Shown: one piece after another, positions 36,770 through 49,415 of the stretch
How the letters are laid out: each line of letters starts with the position of its first letter
Position numbering within the stretch: position 1 is the stretch's first letter
DNA from: Heterodontus francisci
Taxonomy: Eukaryota
DNA: 64,000 bases
Assembly (NCBI RefSeq): GCF_036365525.1
Contig: NC_090403.1
Coordinates: forward strand, 53,321,095 to 53,385,094
Direction of reading: 5' to 3'
Made by a program: the position numbers and the translations under genes
Notes under the pieces: generated by a model
Told to the model about the DNA's origin: nothing
Database searches by the model: none
Seen by the model: only the letters and a program-made list of their open reading frames with translations

Positions 36770-37689
36770 CACACCTCTGAGCATCTGATTGTAAGCAGGA
36801 TTTTATACATTGGACATAGAGGGAAAAAAGGCCTTCATGTTGCAGATTAGCTTCAAGGAATGTGAACCTTCATTCGACTCATTAATGTGAACAAACACTT
36901 CTAATTCCAGCCTGCAATTGGTCTATCGTGACTGTGGTCATACATATTCAAATTAGATAATAGCTTCAGATGTGGCTATGGCATAAATTGAAGGACTCGT
37001 TAATCCATTTTACTTCTGTGAATGTTTGGAAGCCTTGGACAATTTGGCAATGGTTGAAAGTGCATCCTGAAGTAACTCTGCCAATATCCGATTATTGTGA
37101 CTGGACAAGTGCAAGATCCTGATTAAGCCTTGAGGTTGGCAGCCTCAGATTGATTGGCCAGATAATTAGGAAATTACCAAATATTTAAAAAGTTGCTATC
37201 TCCATAACTCTTTAGACCATTAACTTTATAGATTTCCTATGTATTAAATTAAAAGCATGAATCTAGCATAATAAAAAAAATTACTACTCTTAAGGGATTG
37301 CAGGAATACTTTCCTTGATTATTCACCACCAGCAGAATTCATGTTTTCACTGATGTATTCTTGAAACTGAAATATACTGAATATTTGAAGAAAGAATATC
37401 AAGACTCACCATTGGAGCAAAATAGGTTCATTTTCCCCTTTTCTTTCCCCCAACCATCCACTACTAGCTCCAGTTTACTCACTGCCTCTCCTTGAGTTGT
37501 AAATAAGCTGGATCTTTTCTCTATCTTAACTTGTGGCATTAAAAGCATCCTGTTTAAGTCCTACCACTATTGCCCAATTACATTACCCCACCCGTAGGTG
37601 CTTGCTCAAACTGAACCTAACAATACACAGCCATGATGCCTTGTTTTACTGAGTTGAATTTCAAATTTCATGTATACTCAGGTGAGTTT

Positions 37690-37920
37690 CCATCTCTATA
37701 ATAACACTTGCCACAATCCAGAATATCAGCTCCCAGCCATGAAACCCTCCTCCAAACCTTTGTTACCTCCAAGCTTGACCACACTAATACTCTCCTTGCT
37801 GACATCCTGTGTGCCACTTGCACCTTACACCGTACGTAGTGCCACTCACCCTTGTCCTCAACAGTTGCCTTTCACTCCTGCTTCAATTCATTCATTTCAG
37901 AGTGTGACAAATTCCTTAAC
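37690..37920 (+). mobile_element. Decayed L2 fragment
   Basis: 'cctttgttacctccaagcttgaccac...tctccttgctgacatcc' corresponds to the L2 motif FVTSRLDY.N.LL. Confidence 0.5.
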
Positions 37921-38023
37921 TTAGTCCCATCCTACCACTGAAGACTTCTACAGATCAATACCCAATTCCCACCTCTGTTCTTCAGAGTTCACTCTGGTGT
38001 TTGTGTATCTGTGTGTGCAAGGA

Positions 38024-38555
38024 TCAAGAGGCAGGACCATATCTCCAACGCAGAAGTCCTCGAGGCGGCCAACATCCCCAGCATTTACACCTTCCTGAGC
38101 CAGCCGCGCTCGAGATGGCTTGGCCATGTGAGCTGCATGGAAGATGGCAGGATCCCCAAGGACGAATTGTACAGCGAGCTCGTCTGTGGTATCAGACCCA
38201 CCGGCCACCGCTTTAAAGTCGTCTGCAAACGCGACATGAAGTCCGGTGACATTGACCACAAGTTGTGGGAATCAGTTGCCAGTGATCGCCAGAGCTAGCG
38301 GACAGCCATAAAGGCGGGGCTAAAGAGTGGCAAGTTGAAAAGACTTAGCAGTTGGCAGGAAAAAAGACAGAAGCGCAAGAGGAGAGCCAACTGTGTAACA
38401 GCCCCGACAACCAATTTTATCTGCAGCACCTGTGGAAGAGCCTGTCACACTAGAATTGGCCTTTATAGCCACTCCAGGCACTGCTTCACAAACCACTGAC
38501 CACCTCTAGGCGCTTACCCATTGTCTCTTGAGACAAGGAGGCCAAAAAAGAAAGA
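38024..38555 (+). mobile_element. RTE-clade LINE 3' fragment (third copy of the young family)
   Basis: ORF 38011..38298 RWLGHVSCMEDGRIPK; 10-bp TSD tgtgcaagga at 38014-38023 and 38556-38565. Confidence 0.92.
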
Positions 38556-38617
38556 TGTGCAAGGAGCAGAGATTTCTATTATCCTGACCTTAATTCAAAC
38601 CTTTCTTCCACCTTGCT

Positions 38618-39020
38618 ACATAGAAACATAAAGAGAAGAGGAGTAAGCTGTTCAGTCCCTAGAGCCTGCTCCACTATTCATTTAGATCATGGCAGATCTA
38701 TACCTCAAAATCTATTTTCCCACCTTTACACCATATCCTTTGATACATTTACCTAACAAAAATCTATTTATCTTAGTCATGAAAACTCCACTGTCCTAGA
38801 GTCCAGAGCCTTTGGGAGAGTGAGTTCTAGAATTCCATTATCCTTTGTGTGGGAAAGTGGTTCCTGACTTTGCTTCTGATTGGTCTCGATCTAATTTTAA
38901 GATTATGCTCCTTCATTCTTGATTTTCTCAACCAGAGGAAATAGTTTCTCTGTGTCCACCCTATCAATTTCCAGCATTTTAAACATCTCAATCAGGTCAC
39001 TCCTCAATCTTCTATATGCA
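38618..39020 (-). mobile_element. Old CR1 3' end
   Basis: 'catagaaacataaagagaagaggagtaagc...atcaggtcactcctcaatcttct'. Confidence 0.8.
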
Positions 39021-40011
39021 AGGAATTAGGAAATAACTAAAGTTTCATTGGTTTTAATCATGCCTTTTTGTTTTTTTAACCATGCTGCATTAATTTATGC
39101 CAGATGCTTTCATGATTTACTCTTCGTTATAATAGTTACCTAATTCAGCTGCATTCCCTTAATTATTTTTAAACATATCTATTCAGGTGAATGTATTTTG
39201 AATGCTTACGGTATTCTCCACAAACACCTTAATGGCATTAAAACTAAACAAGCTGTTCCTATAGTGCAGTGGCTGCAAGTCCGATCGGAAAGATGAACAG
39301 AAAATGACACCTGAGTAATTAAAAAAAAAACTTGGCATGCTGTTCAATGCAATTTTTAAAAAAAATGTGTACAGGAATCTTAAATGATTCTTCTGGTAGG
39401 AACTAATGTTTGGTCTGCAACATGCATTCCAATGCCAGTTGCACATTCAGTATGTAAACTTAGCACTAGCTCATGCAAATCTTATCTCTTAAAAACAGAT
39501 ACCCGACGTGAGCTGCTTGGCCTACTCCCCCATAAATAATGTATTAAGTAAAAACTGCTTTACTTTACCACAATTGTTATCAAATGTAGAGTGAACTTGC
39601 AAGTGAAATATGGGCCTTTTTAATACTTCAGTTTATCGGCCTTTATTTCTTGTGGCCCTGAACAATCCAGCTTTGTGTCTGTTTTCAGTAATTGGGTACA
39701 CCCTTTGGATAGCAACATGGTACAAGAAACTGATTATTACTAAACTTTAGATAACCTCCAGCTGAATCAGTGCCTGAAAACATCCACGCTTTCTTGCCAA
39801 ATTATTCGGTGTTTGCGTCCTCGAGCAAACGATTAAATGAGACTGTGTGGGATAATGTATCTGAGAGCCCAAGTTGTCTATATACTTACAATAATATTAT
39901 AACTATATGAGTTAAGACAGATGTACGAATGACAATTTCATTTCAGCCAGGCAAAGGAAATACCAGTTAACATCAGAACTCAGTTAAGAGTCAAAGTTTA
40001 AATCTCAACTT

Positions 40012-40378
40012 TAAGTTCTGGGTTCAAACACTTCTCCTGGGCTTGCGCACATAGATTACATAAGTGGCTGCATTTAGGACTAATTTATTTTTGAACTTCT
40101 GTGGGATTTGTGATGAGCTGCTATATAATGCGAAATAAAGGCTGAAACTCCAATATAGGAAAGAGGGAGTTCTGCATTATTTGCTTTATTCGCCTGAACT
40201 TATTTTCCAAATTGCATGTCTTTTGCATGTGACATGAAAACAAAATCCTGTCTGTCCAGGGGAAAGTTCAAAACCCAATGGCATAACTTGAAGGGAGAAG
40301 AATTCTCTTGTGCTTGCTTTATAAAAAAAAAACCTCCTAAACCATTGTAATCAAAATCAGATTTTCCTTATTGTTTCA
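40012..40378 (+). mobile_element. Highly degenerate DeuSINE-like copy
   Basis: B-box-like 'ctgggttcaaacac' and 'aaaacccaatggcataacttgaagggagaag' loosely match the reverse complement of 29452-29886. Confidence 0.45.
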
Positions 40379-40379
40379 C

Positions 40380-41075
40380 AGGATCTGGGTGTCGCTAGTT
40401 AGGTCAGCATTTATTGCCCAATCCTAATTGTCCTTGACAAGGTAGTGATGAACTGCATTCTTGAACTGCTGCAGTTCGTGTGGTATAGTTATACCCTGTT
40501 AGGGAGGAAGTTCTGGGATTTTGACCCAGTGACTGTGAAGGAACAGCAATATCATTCCAAATTGGGATATTGTGTGACTTGGAGAGGAACTTGCAGGCGG
40601 TGGTGTTCCTTTGTAAAGGCCTGCTACCCGACCCGAGCCTGACAGGACCCGACGACATGTGTCGGGTTCAGGTCGGGTTGGGTTGCTCTTCCGGGTCCGG
40701 CTTTCGGGCTCGGGTCCGGGTCGGACACAGTCCCATAGTATTATCTTTTGCTCTGCTGGGAAGTTGAGTTTAGCAAGTGTCAAAAGTTGAACAGCCTGCC
40801 TGAGCTGGGAGTCTGGGATGTCAAGGAGGGAGACTGAGTCTGCGCAGTGAGCGACTCTTTTGTTGCTTATCTGCACAAACTGAAAAAGTGAAAAATGGAT
40901 TCAGAATCGGAAGGTAGGTGAAGTGAACATTCTGGTGTTCGGGTCGGGCTTGGGACTGATATGGTTCTGTCCGGTTCGGGTCGGGTTTTTTTTTCCTGAC
41001 CTGAGCAGGGCTTTATTCCCTTGTGCCTGCTGTCCTTGTTCTTCTAGGTGGTAGAGGTTGCGGGTTTGGAAGGTT
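40380..41075 (-). mobile_element. 3' end of the further LINE family, interrupted by a hAT MITE
   Basis: 40380-40613 plus 41016-41075 are collinear with 51980-52270. Confidence 0.82.
40614..41015. mobile_element. hAT-type MITE (402 bp)
   Basis: 12-bp TIR taaaggcctgct / agcagggcttta (1 mismatch); 8-bp TSD ttcctttg (40606-40613) and ttcccttg (41016-41023); many subterminal cccga/tcggg motifs. Confidence 0.85.
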
Positions 41076-41299
41076 AATTGAGATCTTGTGCCTATTGGCC
41101 TGCATTAGGTATTTCAGCTGAATTAATTGTATGTGAAACACTTTGAGACATGAGGCATTACATGTTTCTGAGGGAGAAAGACATTTTTCAATTTTTTTGG
41201 AAGCTGGCAAAGCTGCCTGCTTTTAACATTGATGCGATAAAAATAATCCTGCAAAATTGACAGTGCCCTCCTATGCTACCTCCCCGCCACTCAATCCAC

Positions 41300-41830
41300 T
41301 CTCTTCCTCTTGACTGTTCTCTGAGTCTGATATTGTGTAACTTCAATGTCATGTATGAGCCAGAATTAAACTTCGAACCAGGCATTCGATCCATCACCAC
41401 GACTGCCTATTTCTGCTGGTGCAACATTGCCCATCTTCTCTTCAACTCCAATGTCAAGAGATTCTCTTCACACCTTCATCTCAGCTCAGCTTCTCCAGCA
41501 CTTTCCTTCCTGACCCCTCAGCTCTATTCTACATAAACTCACAAATCATCCAAAACTACTACCAGCATCGTGCCTCATGCTTCCACCCTCCGGTGCCTAT
41601 TTTAACATCTTCACCCTCGTTTATAAACATGGCTTTGCTAGTTATACCTTTGTAACCTCCTTCCAGCCCAATATGCTGATTCATTTTCTTCACTTTTGGA
41701 ATTAGCATCCTTTGCATTTCCTCCTTGGGGGCAAAGCTTCAATCGTCTTGGCCTTGTACTAGGGAATTAGCTCCCTTGACCTCACTGCCCTGCCACTTCT
41801 CTACCTGCTGTCAAAAGTCTCCTAAGCACC
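41300..41830 (+). mobile_element. Decayed L2 3' portion
   Basis: 'catcaccacgactgcctatttc...aacattgccc', 'atcatccaaaact', 'tttaacatcttcaccctcgtttataaa'. Confidence 0.7.
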
Positions 41831-42319
41831 CATCTCCTCCGTCACATTCTAATTGTTCTACATCCATTTATCGCTTTAAGAAAAACAATTTGTTGCTCAC
41901 TAAGTGCAGTTTGTTTAAGAATTCTAATTTTTCTTCAGTGGGAATACTTAATTTCCCTCATTGCTCCAGCCACTTTGCCCACTACAGTCTGAGTCCAAGC
42001 AGCTATTATACACACAATGCTACCTGTAGTCATTATTAACAATAAAATGCCCAAAAGCATTCTGTTACTCTGTACCAATCTTTAAATTCTATCTACGTCT
42101 CTAAAATGAGGAGGAAAATAGAAATAGCTAGGTGCTATAGGCACCTAAAATTGATTAATTTTTCAGCTGTGTCCTACACCAAACTTTCTGCACTTGGAAA
42201 CCACATTGATTAGTTCTCTCTCTCTTTCAACTCTACTAGTATCTACTGTATCGATTGGCATTGTATGTTAGATCATGACAAAATGGCAAGAAGCTGTTCC
42301 TTTACTTGGAAAGTAAGAA

Positions 42320-43015
42320 TCTAAATAGAGTACAGGTGCCAAGGAGCCTGGGAGTACAAATACACAAATCACCAAGTAGTGAAGTAGGTTAATAAGGCCA
42401 TTAAACAAAGCAAACCAAGCATGAGGGTTTATTTCTGGAGGGATGGAATTGTAAAGTAGAAAAAGTTATCTTGAGTTTGTATCATACCTTGGTCATAGCA
42501 CACTCTGAGTACTGTGTACAGTTTTGGGAGCCATATTACTAGAAACAAAGGGTGTAGAGCACTGGAGAGGGTGCAAAAACATGATACGGATGATACCGGA
42601 ACTGTGAGGTTATACCTATCAGGAAAGGGTGAACAGGCTGGATCTCTCTTCATTTGAAAGGAGAAGGCTAAAGGATGATCAAATAGAGGTCTTTACAATT
42701 ATGAAAGGTTTTGATAGAGTCGACACAGTGTGTTTCCACTTTTGGGGATGAACAAAACTAAAGGCCATCAATATATGAAATCAAATAGCGAATTCAAAAG
42801 AAGCTTCTTTGCCCAGTTGGGTGAGAATATGGAACTCGTTGAGGTGAATAGTATAGATGCATTTGGGAGAAATTAGGCAAGCATATGAAGGAGAAGAAAA
42901 TAGAGGGTTTTGTGAATGGATGAGGAACAATGGGAGGAGGCGTGAGTGGAGCATTAACGGCAGCATGGACTGTTTGGGCTGAATGGCCTGTTTGTGTGCT
43001 GTATATCCTATGTAG
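42320..43015 (+). mobile_element. Old CR1 3' portion
   Basis: 'gagtactgtgtacagttttgg', 'gagaaggctaaaggatgatcaaatagaggtc' and tail 'tgggctgaatggcctgtttgtgtgctgtat'. Confidence 0.85.
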
Positions 43016-43936
43016 CTTTTACTTTGTGGTTTTTTTTAAGCTTATCTTGATGATCCTGGTATTGTACGAAAATTCTGCTTGCCCCCCCCCCCCCCCCCCA
43101 GCCGCAGTCAATAAATTGGAGCGTGCCTCGCTGACACTGTAGTGTGCAAATGTGAGATGTATGAAGGATGCAAGATAGATGTCAATATATTATGTCAGTA
43201 ACCTAATAGAGCAGGTTTCTGTGGTGTAAATCACAATTGTGACACTTCAGATAGATTACTTTACCTAACCTCTTGCCCGAAATTGGATTATGGCTTCAAT
43301 ACACTAAAAGTTGTTGAGAATATCACGTTGAATACAAATATAATGTTTAATTCTAACTTACCTGACTTGTTGATAGTGGCTTGATCATTCAGTGTAGTTC
43401 TGTCCACCAAAGGTCCCTGCAGGATGTTTAGCTGCTTTGGAGGGAGAATTGTATAAAGATTCTCATCTTATCCAGTTTTTCGTCTGATTTTTGCTCATTC
43501 TATGTTTATTGTACATTTGTAGTTGTAACTTCACTCAGGGTCTGCTTTCAATAGAAATTTGACTGAATTATGCAGAACACTGTCTGAAGTATTATGTAGG
43601 ACTGTACCTTTGCCGTGGATCCTGAACATACCATTGTCTTGTAATTATGTGGTTGTATCTGTCTTCTGGGCGGATTGGCTCCTTTGATGAATAAATGCAA
43701 GGTATACTGTGACATAGATTTAGATTTGAAGTGATACATTTATAATTTGGAATCGCTCAAAATGCCTACATTCAGCACATGCACACAGTCCTAACATGAA
43801 TGACAAAACTCTAGTTGAGGGCTACAGATGCGAGCGTGCAAAATGCTGCCAGCAGATTCAACGTGTTGGGAGGAGGGGGAAGAAAGAAACAACTGATCAG
43901 ATGAGCTTTTGCAAGCTGAGAGCCTCCCATTATTCC

Positions 43937-46900
43937 TAGAGTCATAGTTATACAGCACAGAAACAGGCCCTTTGACCCATCATGTCTGTGCCCGCCATCA
44001 AGCATCTATTTGTTCTAATCCCATTTTACAGCACTTGGCCCGTAGCCTTGTATGCTATGGCGTTTCAAGTGCACATCTAAATACTTAAATGCTGTGAGGG
44101 TTCCTGCCTCTACCAGCCTTCAGGTAGTGTCTTCCAGATTCGAACCACCCTCTGGGTGAAAAAAATTTTCCTCAAATCCCCTGTAAACCCCTTACCTTAA
44201 ATCTGTGCCCCCTGGTTATTGATCCCTCCGCTAAGGGAAAAAGTTTCTTCCTATCAATGCTCCTCATAGTTTTGTATACCTCAATCAGGTCCCCCCTCAG
44301 CCTTCTCTGCTCTAAGGAAAACAGCCCTAGCCTATCCAGTCTCTCTTCATAGCTGAAATGCTCCAGCCCAGGCAATGTCCTGGTGAATCGCCTCTGCAAC
44401 CTCTCCAGTGCAATCACATCCTTCCTGTAGTGTGGTGACCAGAACTGTACACAGTACTCCAGCTGTGGCCTAACCAGTGTTTTATACAGCTCCATCATAA
44501 CCTCCCTGCTCTTATATTCTATGCCTCGGCTAATAAAGGCAAGTATCCCATCTGCCTTCCCAACCATCTACCTGTGCTACTGCCTTCAGTGATCTATGGA
44601 CATGTACACCAAGGTCCCTCTGTACTTCCTAGTGTCCTACCATCCATTGTATATTCCCTTGCCTTGTTAGTCCTCCCAAAATGCATCACCTCACACTTCT
44701 CAGGATTAAATTCCATTTGCCACTGCTCTGCCCATCTTACCAGCCCATCTATATTGTCCTGTAATCTAAGACTTTCCTCCTCACTATTTACAACACCACT
44801 AATTTTCGTGTCATCTGCGAACCTACTTATCATACCTCCTATATTCATGTCTAAATCATTAATGTACACTACTAACAGCAAGGGTCCCAGCACCAATCCC
44901 TGTGGTACACCACCGGTCACAGGCTTCCACTCGCAAAAACAACCCTCGACCTTCACCCTCTGCCTCCTGCCACTAAGCCAATTTTGGATCCAATTTGCCA
45001 AATTGCCCTGGATCCCATGGGCTCTTACCACCTTAAGGTCCCACATGGGAGACCGGTTATCAGAAGCCTTACTGAAGTCAATGTAGCCTACATCAACTGC
45101 CTTACCCTTATCTACACATCTCGTCACCTCCTCTCAAAATTCAATCAAGTTAGACATGATCTCCCCTGACAAAGCCATGCTGACTATCCCTGATTAATCC
45201 CTGCCTCCAAGTGGAGATTAATCCTATCCCTCAGAATTTTTTCCAATAGTTTCCCTACCACTGATGTTAGACTCACTGGCTTGTACTTACCTGGTTTATC
45301 CCTGCTACCCTTCTTGAATAATGGTACCACATTCGCTGTCCTCCAGTCCTCTGGTACCTCCCCTGTGGCCAGAGAGGGTTTGAAAATTTGTGTCAGAGCC
45401 CCTGCTTTCTCCTCCTTTGCTTCACACAACAGCCTGGGCTACATCTCATCTGGGCCTGGGGAGTTATCCACTTTTAAGCCCGCTAAAACAGTTAATACTT
45501 CTCTCTTTCATTGCTAATTTGTTCAAGTATATCACAATCCCCCTCCCTGATCTCTACACCTACATTGTCCTTCTCCATAGTGAACGCAGATGAAAAGTAA
45601 TCATTTAAAACCTCACCTATGTCCTCTGGCTCCTCACACAGACTGCCACTCTGATTCCTAATGGGCCCTACTCTTTCCCTGGTTATCCTCTTGCCCTTAA
45701 TATACTTATAAAATGCTTTGGGATTTTCCTTTATCTTGCCCGCCAGTGTTTTTTCATGTCCCCTCTTTGCTCTCCTAATTACTTTTGAAAGTACCTGCCT
45801 ACACTTTCTATACTCCTCTTGGGCCTCTGCTGTTTTCAGTGCTCTGAATCTGCCATAAGCCTCCTTTTTTTTTTAACTGATACAATCCTCTATATCCCTT
45901 GACATCCAGGGTTCCCATGACTTGTTGGTCCTACCCTTCACCTTTGCGGGAACATGTTGGCCCTGAACTCTCACTCTTTTCTTTTTGAATGACTCCCACT
46001 GGTCTGATGTAGATTTTCCTACTAGTAGCTGCTCCCAGTCCACTTTGGCCAGACCCTGCTCTATCATATTGAAATTGGCCTCCCCCCAATTCAGTACTTT
46101 TATTTCCAGTCCATCTTTGTCCTTTTCCATAACTACCTTAAATCTTAGAGTTATGGTCACTATCCCTGAAATGCTCCCCACTGACATTTCTACCACTTGT
46201 CCGGCTTCATTCCCTAAGATTAGGTCCAGTACCGCCCCTTCTCTTGTAGGACTTTCTACATGCTGGCTCAAAAAGCTCTCCCGGATCCATTTTAAGAATT
46301 CTGCCCCCTTTAAGCCTTTTGCACTAAGCCTATCCCAGTTGATATTGGGGAAGTTGAAATCCCCTACTATTTTTGCACCTCTCTGAGATTTGCCTTGATA
46401 TCTGCTCCTCTATCTCTCCGACTGTTAGGAGGCCTGTAGTACACTCCCGGCCAAGTGATTGCCCCCTTTTTGTTTTTAAGTTCTACCCATATGGACTCAG
46501 TTGAGGAACCTTTTAAGACATCATCCCTCCTTACTGTAGTAATTGACTCCTTGATCAACAGTGCAATGCCAACTCCTCTTTTACACCTTCTCCTGTCACG
46601 CCTGAAGATTCTATACTCTGGAATATTGAGCTGCCAGTCCTGCCCTTCCCTCAACCATGTCTCTGTGATAGCAATAATACCATATTTCCATGTGTTAATC
46701 AACGTCCTCAATTCATCTGCCTTACTAGTAAGACTCCTTGCGTAAAATAGATGCGATCCAGCCTTGCATTATTTGCTTGTGCCTCAACAGGTCTATATTT
46801 GCTTTGCCTTTCCAGACTGACTCAGTCTCTCTTCTATATTTGACTCTGCATCACCCCCTACTGTACCTGCACTCTGTATCCCACCCCTCTGCCAAATTAG

Positions 46901-47277
46901 TTTAACCCCCCCAACAGCACTAGCAAGCTCCCAGCCAGGATGTTGGTCCCGTTCTAATTCAGGTGCAACCCGTCCAACATGTACAGGTCCCACCTTTGCC
47001 GGAAACAGATCTACTGATCCAGGAAACTAAAGCCCTCACTCCTGCACCATGTCTTCAGCCACGCATTCATCTGCTCTATCCTCCTATTCCTATACTCGCT
47101 AGCATGTGGCACTGGGAGTAATCCAGAGATTACAACCTTTGAGGTCCTGCTTTTTAATCTACCTAGTTCCCTAAATTCTTGTTGCAGGACTTCATCCCTC
47201 TTTCTACCTATGTCGTTGGTGCCAATGTGTACCACGACCTCTGACCGTTCACCCTCCCCCTTCAGAATGTCCTGCTG
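43937..47277 (-). mobile_element. Long CR1 LINE (end of ORF1 esterase, ORF2 APE-RT, 3' tail), frameshifted
   Basis: ORFs 47011..47292 (HIGTNDIG), 46367..46711 (AITETWL, YRPP), 45184..45429, 44594..45127 (RFADDTK) and 44172..44567. Confidence 0.94.
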
Positions 47278-47399
47278 CTTTTTTTTTCCCAAAGTTGTAC
47301 CTTAAATCCATATATTTACCAGAGTACCTATTAAATGCATCAATATATGTACTTTGATTATTAGAAGTGCACAATTGTAGTATCACCGTATCATAGTTC

Positions 47400-48347
47400 C
47401 ATTGCTTCCTGCCTCAGTGTAGACAGTCCATCTCCTCCAATGGCTTCCCTTTCTATCCATGCAGTTACCTCTGGGTTGCAACAAAGCTCCATCCATAGCA
47501 CACATATGCAAACTCCTTTTCCTCAATATATGTTGCTCCTTAGGATTATTATCAATGGCATGGGGTCAACTTCCATGTCTATGCCAATGCTATATAGCTT
47601 TACCTTTCTGTCACCACCTGCTCTCCAGTTGTTGCTGCTGCTCTGTCTGATTGCCTGTCCTAAATTAAATAGATGAACCAGAGCTTTCTTGAGCTAAACA
47701 TTGGTGAGACCAAAACCATCCTGTATACTTATCAGAAGTTTGCACTTCAGCTGTTGATATCCCCCTCCCCAACTCCTCCTATAGGTTGACTCACCCATGT
47801 GTAACCTCTGTTTGCCTTCATCCCAAAATGAGTTCCAAAGTCTGCATCAAATTGATCATGAAGCCTGTCTATTTTGTCATTGGATCTCTTGGTCTCTGTC
47901 ACTTCTTCGAACGCAGCAGCGCTGAAGCCATCATCTCCGTTCTTGTCACCTCCACGTATCACCTCTCAGTACGTTCTCACTGGCTTCCTGAGCTCCACTC
48001 TGCAGAAACTCCAGATCATCCAGAATTCTGCCACCTGCGCCTTACCCAATTCAAAATTCTGATCAGTTATCATTCTGTCCACCATTGTTGACAGCCTTCG
48101 AGCATCCTGCCCCTGCACTTTGGAGTTCTTACCCTAAATCCCTTTGTCTCACTATATCTCCCTGATCAAAAGCATTCTCTAAACCTACCTTATTGACCTC
48201 CCCTTAATCACTATTCCTAATTCTTCTCTCAATTCCTGCTTAACATCCTGATATCTTCCCCCCCCCCCCCCAAACCCCCATATGCTCCTTTAAGAAGCAA
48301 CTTTGGATGTTCCGCTGGGTTATGGGTGCCATGCAAGTGTAAGTTTG
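47400..48347 (+). mobile_element. Decayed L2 (RT to 3' tail)
   Basis: 'gctaaacattggtgagaccaaaaccatc' (LNIGETKTI), LQKLQIIQNSA (ORF 47874..48062) and an L2-like tail at 48290-48347. Confidence 0.75.
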
Positions 48348-49330
48348 CGACGCTGCTTCAGACCAAATTGATTTCTGTAGTTTACTAACGTAGCAGCTAA
48401 CTTGCTATTACATTTGAATGTGTCAGAATTTTCACTGCAAATACACACTATTTTTAAAATGTTCCTCTAATACAAAAGAGAAAGCTACTTCCTGAAGGTG
48501 TACAATCCGATACTGTATCCAAGATGGTAGTTATTGTAGAATCCACATTACTTATGAAACTGATTATCTTCGTGAATGTGGTTATAGTAATTGATATATT
48601 TCAGCAAAAAGCTGTTATGATCTGTGAAGATAAATCTTGCAGAAGATCAAATACTTCTGTGACAACTTTTCAAAAATAAAATAAATTGTCTGCTATCCAA
48701 GTTATTCACATAAGTTGGGTGCCTTATGCATGTTTTCTTTTAAAGTCTAAACTTCAACATAAGTCTACAGGTTTGTGCATCATTGGATGGAGTTGTTACA
48801 GATATTTTAACCTATGCAGAGTTGATGGGGATGATAAAGAGAATGTATTGTACAAATAAGCTGAAAGTGTAAATGGGTACTAGTATTGCACAATGAATTT
48901 GAAGCACCCCAAGCTGTCCCACAGTGGCAGGATGAGGGGTTGTCTTTTTTTAAAAATCCCCCATATGCAGAGTTCTGAAATCAGCTGTTCCACCGAAGAG
49001 AGAGGTGCAGAGTAGGTGCCTGGTACTTCCCCAGGTGGGGAGGGTTAATTATCTTAGGTTGGTCTTGCGCACCTCTAAGCAGTTAGTTTAGCATGAAATT
49101 TGCAATGGTCGCGGATCTAGTTTCTGCTTCCCTTTTCGGTCACTGAATACAAGATGAAAGGTGGCTGAATTAAATTTCCAAAATGGGGGTGGAAGGTGGG
49201 AATGAGAAGAACCTTCAAGATCATAATATCTATTAGACAAAAGATATGATCAGAAGTGTGTTTCTAGTCATTGTAAAAGATACTTTTCTGTTTAGTCTAC
49301 TAATATTTGTGTGTGTGTATATATTTGCAG

Positions 49331-49415
49331 GTAAGACAGGCAACGAATCAGATTGTTATGAACTGTGCTGATATAGACATCATAACAGCTTCATATGTTC
49401 CAGAAGGTGGTGAAG
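49331..49415 (+). CDS. NPEPPS: Puromycin-sensitive aminopeptidase (M1 family) internal coding exon, equivalent to human exon 2; 85 nt, phase 0 to phase 1
   Basis: Translates VRQATNQIVMNCADIDIITASYVPEGGE+g. This matches the human sequence as I recall it (...AAQVRQATNQIVMNCADIDIITASYAPEGDEEIHATG...) at 26 of 28 residues. Flanked by acceptor tttgcag| and donor gaag|gtaaga. Confidence 0.95.
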
